Assembly: GCA_041670385.1 (NCBI GenBank)
Contig: JBAXZI010000002.1
Coordinates: 5,498-69,497, forward strand
Length of the DNA: 64,000 nucleotides
Source: Clostridia bacterium
GTDB taxonomy: Bacteria > Bacillota > Clostridia > Christensenellales > DTU072
Reading direction: 5' to 3'
The position numbers and the translations under genes are program-made. Below, piece by piece: positions 36,612 through 47,515 of the stretch. The notes under the pieces were generated by a model that made no database searches, had not been told where the DNA came from, and saw only the letters and a list, made by a program, of their open reading frames with translations. The first letter of the stretch is position 1; the number at the start of each line of letters is the position of its first letter.

Positions 36612-36832
36612 TTTTCAAAATATCTACAATTACTTAAATATTTCATTTAAAGATATTTGTAATTCATATACAAATAATATTATATAATGCGAAAAGGCAT
36701 ACCACATTGTATATTTTGGATACCCAAAAGATAAAAAAGGAAATAATTAATTTATTTTAATAATATTGTAGATAATTAAATTAAATTGACAAAATTATTA
36801 TAATTTGATATTATACATATATCTTTGATATA

Positions 36833-38266
36833 TTGTTGGAGGTTAGTATTAGTAAAGTTAAGGGAATTTTTGCTAAAGGCTTATGTGAGAATGTATACAT
36901 AAAAAAGATAGTTGATTTTCTTGGGAAAATATATGATTCTAATTATTTTTTTGCAGTTGCAGTAGCTATTGCTGTAAGTGGATTCACATTCCGTTTTGAA
37001 ATAATTGCTATGTCAATATTGCTTATATTAGCGAGTATTGGGTTTTTGCTTATTAAAAATCTTACTCCCACTTTTTTATGCGTATTTCTAACTTGTATGG
37101 TGCCACTAAGATTTTATGGTGCTACTGCAGAAATGTTTTTGCCATTAATTATTTTTCTAGGAATAGCCGTAATCAGTATGCTTTCTAGAATGTTAATATT
37201 CCCAATTAAATATCGTCCTAACAAATTATTTTATTCGCAATTAATATACTCAGTTGCTTTGATATTAGGTGGACTTGGATACCTTACTTTTAAACAATAC
37301 ATAAGTTTAGTTCCAATATACACTATTTTAGGATTGGGTGTGTTTCAATTGTTCTTTTTAGTATATTTTAGTAGTTATTATAAAATTGCAGATGATAAGG
37401 TAGTAAGTGATTTTTCACGAATGATGGTGGCAATAGGCATTAATTGTTTGTTGTTCTTTTTATGTGAATATTTAGTCAATATTCCTACATTTATAACAGA
37501 TGGTTTCTATTTGCCATGTTTACAATGGAAAAACAATGTCGGGAATGTATTATTGCTAGCTATGCCATTTTGCTTTTATTTTATAATTAAGAATAAAAAG
37601 CCTATTATAAATTCTATAATAGTGAGTTTGTTGTTAATAGTTTTATTCATTTCAAGATCTCGTGGTGCGACAATTTTTGGTTTAATTGTGTTTATCATCG
37701 GGGCAATTTATACATTTGCTAAGGTTGATAAAACCACTAAAAAGAAATTTGGTATCGTGCTAGGTGTTTTATTAGCAATTGCCATAATTTTGGTTATTAT
37801 ATATTGGGAAAATATTTTGCCGGCTATACAAAAATCTCTTGCAGATAAATCTTCAGGGCGGTTTGATATTTATAAATTAGGATTTAATTTGTTCAAAGAA
37901 AGCCCAATATTTGGTATTGGATTTTATTATCTAAAGATTTATGACATAAGTAGTTTAGGTGGGAATATGACAGTTTGTTTATTCCATTCTACATTTTTCC
38001 AACTTATAGCATCTTTAGGTTTGTTTGGACTAATTAGCTATAGTACAGTAGCATTTTTTAAGTGGCAACAAGCATTACAAAATCATACTTTTAATAGAGT
38101 AGCTTTATTTTCGCTATTAGGGTTTGCATTATATTCAATGATAAATACAGGCACAGTAATACCTTTGCCTTGTATGACTATAGTAACTATGATAACAGTT
38201 ATTTGTTATAAACATAATATTTATGAAAATAATAAAAATGTTAATTATTTTGAAATTTCTAAATAA
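36833..38266 (+). CDS. O-antigen ligase / Wzy_C-like polytopic membrane protein
   Basis: 477 aa with more than 10 TM segments. Central loop RSRGATIFG and a periplasmic-loop pattern typical of the O-antigen ligase family. TTG start is uncertain. Promoter TTGACA (36786-36791), 17 nt, TATTAT. Confidence 0.65.
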   Translation: MLEVSISKVKGIFAKGLCENVYIKKIVDFLGKIYDSNYFFAVAVAIAVSGFTFRFEIIAMSILLILASIGFLLIKNLTPTFLCVFLTCMVPLRFYGATAEMFLPLIIFLGIAVISMLSRMLIFPIKYRPNKLFYSQLIYSVALILGGLGYLTFKQYISLVPIYTILGLGVFQLFFLVYFSSYYKIADDKVVSDFSRMMVAIGINCLLFFLCEYLVNIPTFITDGFYLPCLQWKNNVGNVLLLAMPFCFYFIIKNKKPIINSIIVSLLLIVLFISRSRGATIFGLIVFIIGAIYTFAKVDKTTKKKFGIVLGVLLAIAIILVIIYWENILPAIQKSLADKSSGRFDIYKLGFNLFKESPIFGIGFYYLKIYDISSLGGNMTVCLFHSTFFQLIASLGLFGLISYSTVAFFKWQQALQNHTFNRVALFSLLGFALYSMINTGTVIPLPCMTIVTMITVICYKHNIYENNKNVNYFEISK

Positions 38267-38372
38267 TTTTTATCAAATTTGACATTTAAGCAATATTTAT
38301 TATATAATAAGAATAGTGTTATAATAATTAAAGCAAAATAATATTAAGATTAATATTAAGGAGGTTTTTAAT

Positions 38373-39938
38373 ATGAAAAAGAGAATTACATATTTGATTT
38401 TATCAATAATGGTGATAGCCGTTTTAGCGGTATCCCTATGTGCCTGTACAACAAATAATGCAGGGACAGATGATGAAACAATAGCAGAAACAGAAACTAC
38501 AGAAACTGGACTAAAGTATACAGCAAATGCTAAAATATTTAGTTATGAAAAAGAAAGTACTGAGGGTAAAATTGATTACAATTTTATTATTGATGGTAGT
38601 AATTATTTGTATGAAATATTTATAGAAAACGGAATTGAAAAAGATGAGTTGTCTTTAAAAATGGTGAACAAAGATGGTTTGGAAACAATTGATAGTTTTT
38701 CTTATAAAATTTTACTTATGGGTGAAGAAGTTGTAAACACTGATGATATTAATGTGTTAATGGAAGCATCTGGGGAAACTGAAACAAACGGTATAGAATA
38801 TATTAAAAACAACATATTCCCGCTTACCATTGTAGAAAATGAATTATATTATGATTTACATGGTGACGAGATAATAGGTAAAGATGGTGATGCGAATGTA
38901 TCAATTCATAATAATGTTTCACAATTTTCTTTGCGTAAAATTGTGGAGTTAGGACATATTCTTGGTGCTAAATATACTGGTTATGATGCAGTAGTTCCTA
39001 TTAATGCCGATAAAGCAGCAATTGCTCAAAACTTATACTCTTTGTATGTATTTTATAGTGATGAAAAACAAGAAAATATTAAAGTTACCGAAGAAATGAT
39101 AGGAGATATAAATACTTCTGCAGAAGGGCCTATTTCTGTGAATGTAGAATATAAACCAGGTGAAATTTATGAGGCACGTATAAATGTAACTAATAAAGTA
39201 GATATAAGTGATTATTGGAAAACATTTTATGTTTCAAAAGATACAAGTTGGGAAGATTTTATCCAAACTAATAGCACCTATTTTGAAGCTAATCAACAAC
39301 AACCTACAGGTTTTATTACAACTACAGTTGGTGATGTTGAATTTATTGCAAAGAAATCAACAGATTCTACCTATAATTATAAAATGGTTGTATATGACCC
39401 ATCAAATATTACCACTACTAAAGTGAATTTTGATATAGCTAACAGTTTAATGAATATAGCTAAAACTAGTAATGATATTTATTTTGTTTCTATGAATGCA
39501 GAACTAAAGGCAAATATTAGTTATGTTTCTAGTAATGGTGTAAGTACAGATATTGAATTAAGTGATGTTGCAGTAGTAGATTATAATAGCGAAACAGTAG
39601 GTGGCTTTGGAGATGTGTATGTAACATATGATGGAGTAAATTCAGAAAAAGTAAGTTATTATATATATGATGTTGCCGTTAAGGATACAATTTTTAAAAT
39701 AAGCGGTGCACTTAATAGTAGTGGAAATAGTGTAATAGTCCCAAAAAATGAAGATGACAGTTTGGATTTGACAGGATTAAAAATTAAAGTTAGTAAAATG
39801 GATAATACTACCGAACTTATTGATTTAACAGCGGATATGGTAAAATCATTTATTAATCAAAGTAATAAAACAAGCTATTATATTGAATATCAAAGTGGTA
39901 GCTATACCTATTATTGTGATATTGATATAGACGAATAG
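38373..39938 (+). CDS. hypothetical large lipoprotein
   Basis: Lipobox SLCAC. 521 aa. GGAGG RBS present. No recognised catalytic motif. Confidence 0.65.
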   Translation: MKKRITYLILSIMVIAVLAVSLCACTTNNAGTDDETIAETETTETGLKYTANAKIFSYEKESTEGKIDYNFIIDGSNYLYEIFIENGIEKDELSLKMVNKDGLETIDSFSYKILLMGEEVVNTDDINVLMEASGETETNGIEYIKNNIFPLTIVENELYYDLHGDEIIGKDGDANVSIHNNVSQFSLRKIVELGHILGAKYTGYDAVVPINADKAAIAQNLYSLYVFYSDEKQENIKVTEEMIGDINTSAEGPISVNVEYKPGEIYEARINVTNKVDISDYWKTFYVSKDTSWEDFIQTNSTYFEANQQQPTGFITTTVGDVEFIAKKSTDSTYNYKMVVYDPSNITTTKVNFDIANSLMNIAKTSNDIYFVSMNAELKANISYVSSNGVSTDIELSDVAVVDYNSETVGGFGDVYVTYDGVNSEKVSYYIYDVAVKDTIFKISGALNSSGNSVIVPKNEDDSLDLTGLKIKVSKMDNTTELIDLTADMVKSFINQSNKTSYYIEYQSGSYTYYCDIDIDE

Positions 39939-39959
39939 AAAAAAAATAGTTAAAAATTG

Positions 39960-39997
39960 TAGCTAGGGTAATTTATTATTATCCTAGCTATTTTTTT
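39960..39997 (+). terminator. intrinsic terminator
   Basis: TAGCTAGGGTAAT...ATTATCCTAGCTA followed by TTTTTTT. Confidence 0.7.
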
Positions 39998-40138
39998 ATA
40001 ATGCGGAATTATTAATCGATTTTTCTAATAAAATATAATGATAGGGATATTTTATGCAATAATAATAAATTACCTATTGAAACCATTTTTGCATAATGTT
40101 ATAATATTTTTATACGAATATAACAAAAGGGGGATAAA

Positions 40139-41380
40139 ATGCAAACAATTTCAAAAGAAAAAAGAGAAGAAGCTGTTGATTACAGTTTAGATGCAATAAA
40201 GCATATTTGCGACGATATTGGACCTCGAGAATCGGGTACGCCGAATGAAAGAAAAGCACAAGATTGGCTTAAGGAAGAATTATTAAATAATAAGTGGGCT
40301 GATGAAGCAGTAATCGATGAATTTCAAGTTTCTAGGCACGGATTAGTTGGTTTTTCGAAGATAGTAGCTACATTTTTGCTTATTGCTGTACTTGCAAGTA
40401 TGGTAGGATATTTTGTAGTGTCAGCTTATGTCGTTTTGCAAATTATAGCTTTGCTATTTATAATATTATCCCTTGCTATGTTTTTATTTGAATTCGTATT
40501 ATATAAACCGTTTGTAGATTTGTTTTTGCCGAAGAGTACTTCTTCTAATGTTTATGCAAAATATCATAGTAGCGGCGAAACTAAAAAAAGAATAATTTTT
40601 TCAGGACATTGTGATTCTGCTTATGAATGGACGCTTATGAAAGTAAGCCCTACTCTAATGATAGCCGTACTAATAGGGTCTTTAATAGGGGCATTACTTT
40701 TTGTTGCATTAATAATTGTTTCACTTGTAATCGGCAAAATTCCTATGTGGAGTGTTGCTATTAATATTATTTTTGCACCATTTTATTTTGGACTTTACTA
40801 TATGTGTAATTTCAAAAAAGTTGTACCCGGTGCTAATGATAATCTAACAGGTGTACTAGCATCAATGTCAGTTCTTAAATGTCTTAAAGAAACAGATATA
40901 AGATTTGAAAATACGGAAGTAGCTGTATTGCTAACGGGAAGTGAAGAAGCGGGTTTACGAGGTGCTAGAGCGTGGGCAAAAAAATATAAAGATGAAATAA
41001 AAACTAGCAGTATTGATACTGTATTTATAAGTTTAGAAACATTTCGTGATTGGGACCATTTTTGTATATATTCTCGTGATATGACAATGACTGTAGGTCA
41101 CGATAAAGGAGTAATTAACCTATTAAAGAAAGCTACCACAAAAGCGGGTAGACCTCTAAAGACCGCATTGGTGCCATTTGGTGCATCAGATGGGGCAGCA
41201 GTGACAAAAGAAGGCTTGCGTGCTTGCTGTGTGGCAGGTATGGACCCAAAACCAGCCAATTATTATCATAACATGAAAGATACTGCCGATAATATGGACA
41301 GAAAATCTTTAGCTTTCGGTGTAGATATAGCAATAGAGTCCGCCTTTATTTTTAATGAAGAAGGAGCACCCGAAAATTAA
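40139..41380 (+). CDS. membrane-embedded M28-family metallopeptidase
   Basis: Motifs SGHCDS and GSEEAGLRGA (M28 zinc ligand and catalytic Glu-Glu pattern), with several TM segments inserted between them. Confidence 0.75.
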   Translation: MQTISKEKREEAVDYSLDAIKHICDDIGPRESGTPNERKAQDWLKEELLNNKWADEAVIDEFQVSRHGLVGFSKIVATFLLIAVLASMVGYFVVSAYVVLQIIALLFIILSLAMFLFEFVLYKPFVDLFLPKSTSSNVYAKYHSSGETKKRIIFSGHCDSAYEWTLMKVSPTLMIAVLIGSLIGALLFVALIIVSLVIGKIPMWSVAINIIFAPFYFGLYYMCNFKKVVPGANDNLTGVLASMSVLKCLKETDIRFENTEVAVLLTGSEEAGLRGARAWAKKYKDEIKTSSIDTVFISLETFRDWDHFCIYSRDMTMTVGHDKGVINLLKKATTKAGRPLKTALVPFGASDGAAVTKEGLRACCVAGMDPKPANYYHNMKDTADNMDRKSLAFGVDIAIESAFIFNEEGAPEN

Positions 41381-41606
41381 TATATAAATATAAAAAAACG
41401 AAAAAACAAATAAATAATAAATAAATTTTGTAATATGGTGCAGTCTTGTAAAATATAATAAAAAATATTGATAAGTTAAGTATGTTGCAAAATATGTCGA
41501 AATATAATAGGTTTAGTCGTATCGGTAAAAATTATGGAGTATTTGTGATATAATGACACTGTGCAATTGTTCATGTAAGCATAAAATGGATTAGAAAGGA
41601 GATTTT

Positions 41607-41960
41607 ATGAAATTTTGTTCTAAATGTGGGAAAATGATAGCAGAAGAGGCAATAGTATGTCCATTTTGTGGCTGTCAAGTAGGGGATGTCAGTGTTCCTG
41701 AAACTTCGACTCTGGGTATATTGTCTATAATTTTTGGTGCAATGGGCGGTTTTGTTGGATTAGTATTGGGTGTTATTGGTTTGATTAATTATAAAATAGA
41801 TAGTAATAGAAGAAATTGTAAAATTGGAATAGGTCTATTTTGCGTTTGGTTTGTTATCTCGATAATAATTTGTGGTATTTTTATAGCAACAACGTTAAGG
41901 ATATTTTATGGTAACAGCGGTAATATATTTTGGGTAATGTCGAAATATGTCGAAATATGA
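41607..41960 (+). CDS. zinc-ribbon membrane protein (paralog 1)
   Basis: CSKCG...CPFCG zinc ribbon followed by 2-3 TM segments. AAGGAG RBS present. Confidence 0.7.
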   Translation: MKFCSKCGKMIAEEAIVCPFCGCQVGDVSVPETSTLGILSIIFGAMGGFVGLVLGVIGLINYKIDSNRRNCKIGIGLFCVWFVISIIICGIFIATTLRIFYGNSGNIFWVMSKYVEI

Positions 41961-42070
41961 CATCTTTTGTAGAACATATAGATATTATTGCGAATAAATG
42001 TTAAAATGAAAAAATCAATTAGTTTATAAAAAAATTAATTGAAATAAAAAAAAATAAAAAGGGAGAAGTA

Positions 42071-42373
42071 ATGAAATATTGTAATAAATGTGGAAAGGAA
42101 ATAGAAAATGAGGCAGTAGTATGTCCATTTTGTGGGTGTCAAGTAGCTGAAATGCAGGTAGAGGAATCATCAACTATGGGAATATTATCTATAGTTTTTG
42201 GGGCACTAGGTGGTTGGCTAGGATTGGTACTAGGAATTATTGGATTGACAAAGTATAAAATAGCCAAAAATAGGAAAAATTGTAAAATCGGAATAGGTCT
42301 ATTTTGTGCATGGGTAGTTGGCTATATAATAATTATAGTATCAATGGTAAGTGCAGCAGCTAGTATGTATTAA
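42071..42373 (+). CDS. zinc-ribbon membrane protein (paralog 2)
   Basis: MKYCNKCGKEIENEAVVCPFCGCQV... and RKNCKIGIGLFC are shared with paralog 1. GGGAGAAG RBS present. Confidence 0.7.
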   Translation: MKYCNKCGKEIENEAVVCPFCGCQVAEMQVEESSTMGILSIVFGALGGWLGLVLGIIGLTKYKIAKNRKNCKIGIGLFCAWVVGYIIIIVSMVSAAASMY

Positions 42374-42643
42374 TAAAGATAGCAAAAAAGAAAAAGTTTT
42401 TAAAACAAAAAGGTAATCAAGAGATATGCACCCCAAAAGTTGAACACTATTGGAGGTGCATTTCTTTTGGAATAACAAAAGAAAAAAATAACAAAAAAAA
42501 CACAAACAAAATGTATAGTACAAAAGTAAAAGTAACTGTTAAATATATGCAGGGTAAATGTTTGGTTATCTTGAAGCATTTAAAAAATATTTTCTATTAT
42601 AAATAAATAGTCACTTAATTAAAGTGAATTTGTTAAAAAATAA

Positions 42644-42680
42644 AAGGACTGATTCCGATTTAATATTGGAATCAGTCCTT
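42644..42680 (-). terminator. intrinsic terminator of the flavin reductase gene
   Basis: 13-bp perfect stem AAGGACTGATTCC / GGAATCAGTCCTT with a T-run on the minus strand. Confidence 0.75.
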
Positions 42681-42746
42681 AGTAAATTAAATTTTTGGGC
42701 TTTACATCAGTTAATGTTTTTTTATTGTTAATTAAATTATAAAATA

Positions 42747-43268
42747 TTATTCTTTTATAAGTGTTTTTAAGATTTCGCCATAATAGAGTGTATGAAAATC
42801 ACCGCCCGAATAGGCACGAGGAATAATTTCTTTTTGTATAAAATCTTCTTTTCTAAAGGGTGTGGAATATAATTTTTTACAAATAATAATAGTAGATGCT
42901 TCTATAAAATAAGGTGTATTATTATCATTATCATAGCATAAGGTAAGGTCAGTATTTTCCATTTTATCTTTCCTATCGTTACCAGATACTTTGCCACAAT
43001 ATTGCAAAGATTTCCTATATTTTTCATCAAAAAACGAAAGCGAAAAAGTATCATTGCTATCGACAAAGTTTTTTGTATATCTTTGTGGTCTTATTACTAT
43101 ATTAACAACATTCATAAACCACATTACACCCATACCGCCCCAAGATGCAGTCATAGTATTGCACGCAGTTTGGTCGCCGGCAGTAATAAGCATCCATTTT
43201 TTCCCTATCATATCAAAGGGATTTATATTAAGTGTAGCTATATCTTTACTAATAAAATTAGTCATCAT
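42747..43268 (-). CDS. flavin reductase family protein (flavoredoxin-like)
   Basis: 173 aa. NTMTASWGGMGVMW...VIRPQRYT is the typical Flavin_Reduct pattern. Confidence 0.8.
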   Translation of the reverse strand: MMTNFISKDIATLNINPFDMIGKKWMLITAGDQTACNTMTASWGGMGVMWFMNVVNIVIRPQRYTKNFVDSNDTFSLSFFDEKYRKSLQYCGKVSGNDRKDKMENTDLTLCYDNDNNTPYFIEASTIIICKKLYSTPFRKEDFIQKEIIPRAYSGGDFHTLYYGEILKTLIKE

Positions 43269-43409
43269 ATATGTGCCTCCTGTATATATTTAGTCTATGT
43301 AAATAATAACAATAAATGTATGATAAAGTCAAACACGAACAATGCACTTTATGTAATATACTTGCAATTTAACAAATTTGTGGTAAAATTTATAGCGTAG
43401 AGGTGGCAA

Positions 43410-44108
43410 ATGAAGGTTTTAATAATTAATGCAACTATGAGAAAACAGACTACTTATAATATAGCAAAAAGTTTTATTAGTAAGTTAAATTGTGAAACAG
43501 AAGTAGAAGAAATATTCTTACCCGATGCAATGCCCAAATTTTGTTTAGGTTGTGGCAATTGTTTTATGGTAAGTGAAAAGAATTGTCCTCACTACGAATT
43601 TTCAAAAGCTATTTTAGAAAAGATGTTAAATGCAGATTTATTAGTTTTTGCTAACCCTGTTTATGTGTTTCATACAACAGGACAAATGAAAACCTTACTT
43701 GACCATTATGGATATATGTGGCTTATCCATCGCCCTAGCGCACAAATGTTTGTAAAACAAGCAGTAGTAATATCTACCGCAGCAGGTGGTGGCACTAAGT
43801 CAGCAAATAAAGATATAGTAGATAGTTTGCGTTTTTGGGGCGTAGCTAGAATCCATACTTATGGCATAAATGTAAAAGCGGCATCTTGGAAAAGTGTAAA
43901 AAAAGAAATAAAAGAAAAAATAGATAAAGATGTTACAAAATTAGCAAAAAAAATCGAGTTAGATAGTGATAAAGTAAAACCAATGTTTATTTCGAAAATG
44001 TATTTTTACATTTTTCGAGGTTTACAAAAAAAAGGTTTTAGTAAAATTGACCAAGAGTATTGGGAAAGTAAAGGTTGGTTGGGAAGAAATAGACCATTTA
44101 ATAAATAA
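43410..44108 (+). CDS. flavodoxin-like fold NAD(P)H-dependent FMN reductase / iron-sulfur flavoprotein-like
   Basis: MKVLIINATMRK... N-terminus, CLGCGNC Cys motif and ADLLVFANPVY. Confidence 0.75.
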   Translation: MKVLIINATMRKQTTYNIAKSFISKLNCETEVEEIFLPDAMPKFCLGCGNCFMVSEKNCPHYEFSKAILEKMLNADLLVFANPVYVFHTTGQMKTLLDHYGYMWLIHRPSAQMFVKQAVVISTAAGGGTKSANKDIVDSLRFWGVARIHTYGINVKAASWKSVKKEIKEKIDKDVTKLAKKIELDSDKVKPMFISKMYFYIFRGLQKKGFSKIDQEYWESKGWLGRNRPFNK

Positions 44109-44229
44109 AATACGTTAATGCTATTTAAATTTATTGTAATAAAAGTATTTTATGTGTGCAATAATGGCAATTGAAGTATAGCAAATTATAAGCGGACAAG
44201 GGGAACTCTATAATGAGGAGAAAATTAAA

Positions 44230-45441
44230 ATGAAAATAGCAATGGTAATAGATATTTATAATGATGATGGGAATGGAACGAGTATGTCGGCAAGGCATTT
44301 CGTCGAAAAATTAGAAGAAAGAGGACATCAAATCACTATTCTTTGTCAAGGTGATAAAAAAGGGAAAGAAGGGAATGTTTATTATTTTAATGCTATTAAA
44401 GTCCCTTATAAAATTCAAGAAATATGCGAAAAACAACACGCTATTTTGGCTCATCCTGATGACCAATTGATAAGAGAAGCATTACTTGATGTCGATGTGG
44501 TACACATATATTTGCCATTTTGGCTAGGTACACATAGCTCTAAAATTGCTAAAGAATTAGGGAAGCCTGTTTTAGGTTGTTTTCATATTGCAGCAGAAAA
44601 TATTACCTATAATTTAGGGTTGCAAAATGTGCCTCTAGTAGATACTATAGTTTATAAATCGTTCAAAAATTTTCATTATAATTCAATAAATAATATATAT
44701 TGTCCAAGCCAATCTATAGCAGATATAATAAGAGAAAACGGTTACACACAAAATATTTATATTATAAGTAACGGTTATAATCCAAATTTCAAACAAATAA
44801 AAAGTATAGAGAAACCAGATAAATATAAAGATAAATTTGTAATAATAAGTGTGGGTAGACTAACTAAAGAAAAAAGGCAAGATTTGATAATAAAGGCAAT
44901 AGGTAATTCTCTTTATAAAGCTAGTATAGTACTTATTTTGGCGGGTAAAGGAGGGCTTAAAGATAGTTATCAGCAACTAGCGGAACAATGTAATGTAAAT
45001 ATAGAATTTATGTTTATAAATCAAGATGAACTTATAAAGACATTAAATTATGCGGATATTTTTGTGCAAGCGAGTGATGTAGAAACCGAATCCATATCGT
45101 GTTTGGAGGCTATAGCTTGCGGGGTAGTTCCTATAATTAGCAATTCAAAAATGTGTGCAACAAGACAATTTGCCCTTGATAGTAGTGCAATATTTGAAAA
45201 AGACGATTATAATAATTTAGCAGATAAAATTGATAATTATATATCAAATCCAAAAAGATTAAAATTACTTCGTAATGATTATGCTCGTTCAGCACTAAAC
45301 TACAGTTTGGAAAATTCAATTGATTCAATTATAAAAGTGTATAATTATATTATTAATAATAATGGAGAAACAGGTAAAACATTTAATTATAATCAAACGG
45401 AATTAACAAATATGGGTGATTATATTAATGATATTAATTAA
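44230..45441 (+). CDS. GT4-family glycosyltransferase
   Basis: 403 aa. N-terminal DDGNGTSMSARHF, and a C-terminal Glycos_transf_1 region with FVQASDVETESISCLEAIACGVVPI. Confidence 0.8.
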   Translation: MKIAMVIDIYNDDGNGTSMSARHFVEKLEERGHQITILCQGDKKGKEGNVYYFNAIKVPYKIQEICEKQHAILAHPDDQLIREALLDVDVVHIYLPFWLGTHSSKIAKELGKPVLGCFHIAAENITYNLGLQNVPLVDTIVYKSFKNFHYNSINNIYCPSQSIADIIRENGYTQNIYIISNGYNPNFKQIKSIEKPDKYKDKFVIISVGRLTKEKRQDLIIKAIGNSLYKASIVLILAGKGGLKDSYQQLAEQCNVNIEFMFINQDELIKTLNYADIFVQASDVETESISCLEAIACGVVPIISNSKMCATRQFALDSSAIFEKDDYNNLADKIDNYISNPKRLKLLRNDYARSALNYSLENSIDSIIKVYNYIINNNGETGKTFNYNQTELTNMGDYINDIN

Positions 45442-45595
45442 TAAATTTCAGCAGTAAAAATTTCTTTAATGGCTACATTCAGCATTTATTATGGTATAAA
45501 TAACATTATTTTGCATAGTCTATGCTACTTATTGCCATTTGTGAAATATTATGCTATCATCATATTATAAAAATATATGGGAGTTTTATAATATT

Positions 45596-46462
45596 ATGGA
45601 AAAAAATATGAATATAACTGCAAAAACAAAAATAATTGATATAAGCAAAATGGATAGTTCTGAAAAAGAAGGTTATGAGGTAGCTCGTGATTTGAGTAAC
45701 AGCATTTATTTGAAAATTGGACTAACTAATTTTTGCAAAAAACATTATCATAAACAGTTGGAACTTTTGTATATACTTAAAGGTAATCAAAAAGTGAATA
45801 TAAACAATGATTCATTTGAATTGGCAGAAGGCGATTTGATTATTGTTAATCCATATGAACTTCACGAATACAAACAAAATGGAGTAGTAAGTTTTGTTTT
45901 GTGCATACCGTCAAGATTTTTAGAATTTTTTGAAAATTATTCGGGAGGTATGTATTTTAATACGAATTATGTAAAAAAATCGCCAGTAACTAAACAAATT
46001 TATTCAATAATGACTGAACTTATGGATGTTTGTGGAAGTAATGACCTAATAGTTTACGCCAAAACTTTATTGTTATTATCATATATGGTAGAGAATGTGG
46101 GTTTGCAAAAAATGCAAAAAGAGCAAAATAGTGGAATAAATGCGGTTGTTGTGGACTATATTAATGACCATTATGCCGATAACATAACTTTAGATGATAT
46201 TGCAAAATATTGTTGTTATAGCAAATACTACATATCAAAAACATTTAATAAAATGGTTAATTGCAATATTAATGATTATATAAATTTGAAGCGGATTGAA
46301 GCATTTATTCATTTACAATCAAATAATACATCAAATATAAGTGAAAACGCACTAGCGGTAGGCTTTAATAGTACTAGGGCTTTTTATACCGCTTTCCGTA
46401 AACTTTATAATCTCACACCCAAAGAATATTTATTAATGCAAAAGCAGCATATAGGTGTTTAA
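45596..46462 (+). CDS. AraC family transcriptional regulator (cupin sensor + HTH)
   Basis: N-terminal AraC-type cupin (HYHKQLELLYILKG...GDLIIVNPYELHEY). C-terminal double HTH (ITLDDIAKYCCYSKYYISKTFNK...GFNSTRAFYTAFRKLYNLTPKEY). The start is uncertain (45551, 45596 or 45608). Confidence 0.8.
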   Translation: MEKNMNITAKTKIIDISKMDSSEKEGYEVARDLSNSIYLKIGLTNFCKKHYHKQLELLYILKGNQKVNINNDSFELAEGDLIIVNPYELHEYKQNGVVSFVLCIPSRFLEFFENYSGGMYFNTNYVKKSPVTKQIYSIMTELMDVCGSNDLIVYAKTLLLLSYMVENVGLQKMQKEQNSGINAVVVDYINDHYADNITLDDIAKYCCYSKYYISKTFNKMVNCNINDYINLKRIEAFIHLQSNNTSNISENALAVGFNSTRAFYTAFRKLYNLTPKEYLLMQKQHIGV

Positions 46463-46604
46463 TTTTTAACTTTTATTGTAAACAATAATTAGCATAAAAC
46501 ATCGCAAGATAAAGCAAGATTTTTTTATTATATAGTTATAGACTTATAGTGGTTAGTAACATAAGTACAAACTAATAAAAATAAAATGATGTTGAGGATT
46601 TTTT

Positions 46605-47498
46605 ATGGAAAAAAACAAAATAAAATTAGGAATTGCGCCAATCGGTTGGACCAATGATGATATGCCCGATTTAGGCAGTGAAATTAGTTTTGACAGATGC
46701 ATTACTGAAATGTCAGAAGCGGGATATGTAGGTTGTGAGGTAGGCAATAAATATCCGACAAATCCAAGTGTGCTATTAGAAAAATTAAAATTATTAAACT
46801 TACAAATTGCTAATAGGTGGTTTAGTTCTTTTATTCTTACTAAGCCTTTTAATGAAGTAGAAAAAGATTTTCGAGTTAGTTGTGAATTTCTAAAAGCGGT
46901 AGGTGCTAAAATAATAGGTGTGTCCGAACAAAGTTATAGCGTGCAAGGGCAATTAAATACACCTATATTTGGTAATAAATATGTTCTAAATGATGAAGAA
47001 TGGAATATTTTATGTGTAGGTATGAGTAAGCTTGGATACATAGCTAAAGAATATGGAATTACGCTAACATACCATCATCATATGGGTACTGTAGTGCAAA
47101 CTGAAAAAGAAATTGACAAATTTATGAACCTTTGTGATAGCAATTCGGTATATTTATTATATGATTGTGGACATTTGGCTTATTGTAAAGAAGATTATAT
47201 TGGTGTGCTAACTAAATATATTGATAGAATAAGACATATTCATCTTAAAGATGTAAGAATTAAAGAAATAGACAGAGTAGAAAAAGAAAAACTTTCATTT
47301 TTACAAGGAGTTAGGAATGGTACATTTACTGTGCCAGGAGATGGCGATAGCGATTTTGACAAAATTTTTGAAATTATCATTGGTAGCAATTATCAAGGTT
47401 GGCTAATAGTTGAAGCAGAACAAGACCCGGCTAAAGCAAACCCTTTTGATTATGCAGTAAAGGCAAGAAAATTTATAAATAAAAAATTAGATATATAA
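46605..47498 (+). CDS. iolE: myo-inosose-2 dehydratase-like xylose-isomerase-fold (TIM barrel) protein
   Basis: N-terminus KLGIAPIGWTNDDMPDLG closely mirrors B. subtilis IolE (GIAPIGWRNDDIPEIG). 297 aa. Confidence 0.75.
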   Translation: MEKNKIKLGIAPIGWTNDDMPDLGSEISFDRCITEMSEAGYVGCEVGNKYPTNPSVLLEKLKLLNLQIANRWFSSFILTKPFNEVEKDFRVSCEFLKAVGAKIIGVSEQSYSVQGQLNTPIFGNKYVLNDEEWNILCVGMSKLGYIAKEYGITLTYHHHMGTVVQTEKEIDKFMNLCDSNSVYLLYDCGHLAYCKEDYIGVLTKYIDRIRHIHLKDVRIKEIDRVEKEKLSFLQGVRNGTFTVPGDGDSDFDKIFEIIIGSNYQGWLIVEAEQDPAKANPFDYAVKARKFINKKLDI

Positions 47499-47515
47499 TT
47501 TAAGGAGATGAAATA

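Noticed and set aside
36612-36832. Short inverted repeats (AAATATCT...AGATATTT) in the gap before the O-antigen-ligase-like gene, considered as a possible riboswitch or sRNA.
   Set aside because: The stems are A/T-only with large loops. I recognise no conserved riboswitch blocks, and the only clear signal is an ordinary TTGACA-17-TATTAT promoter.
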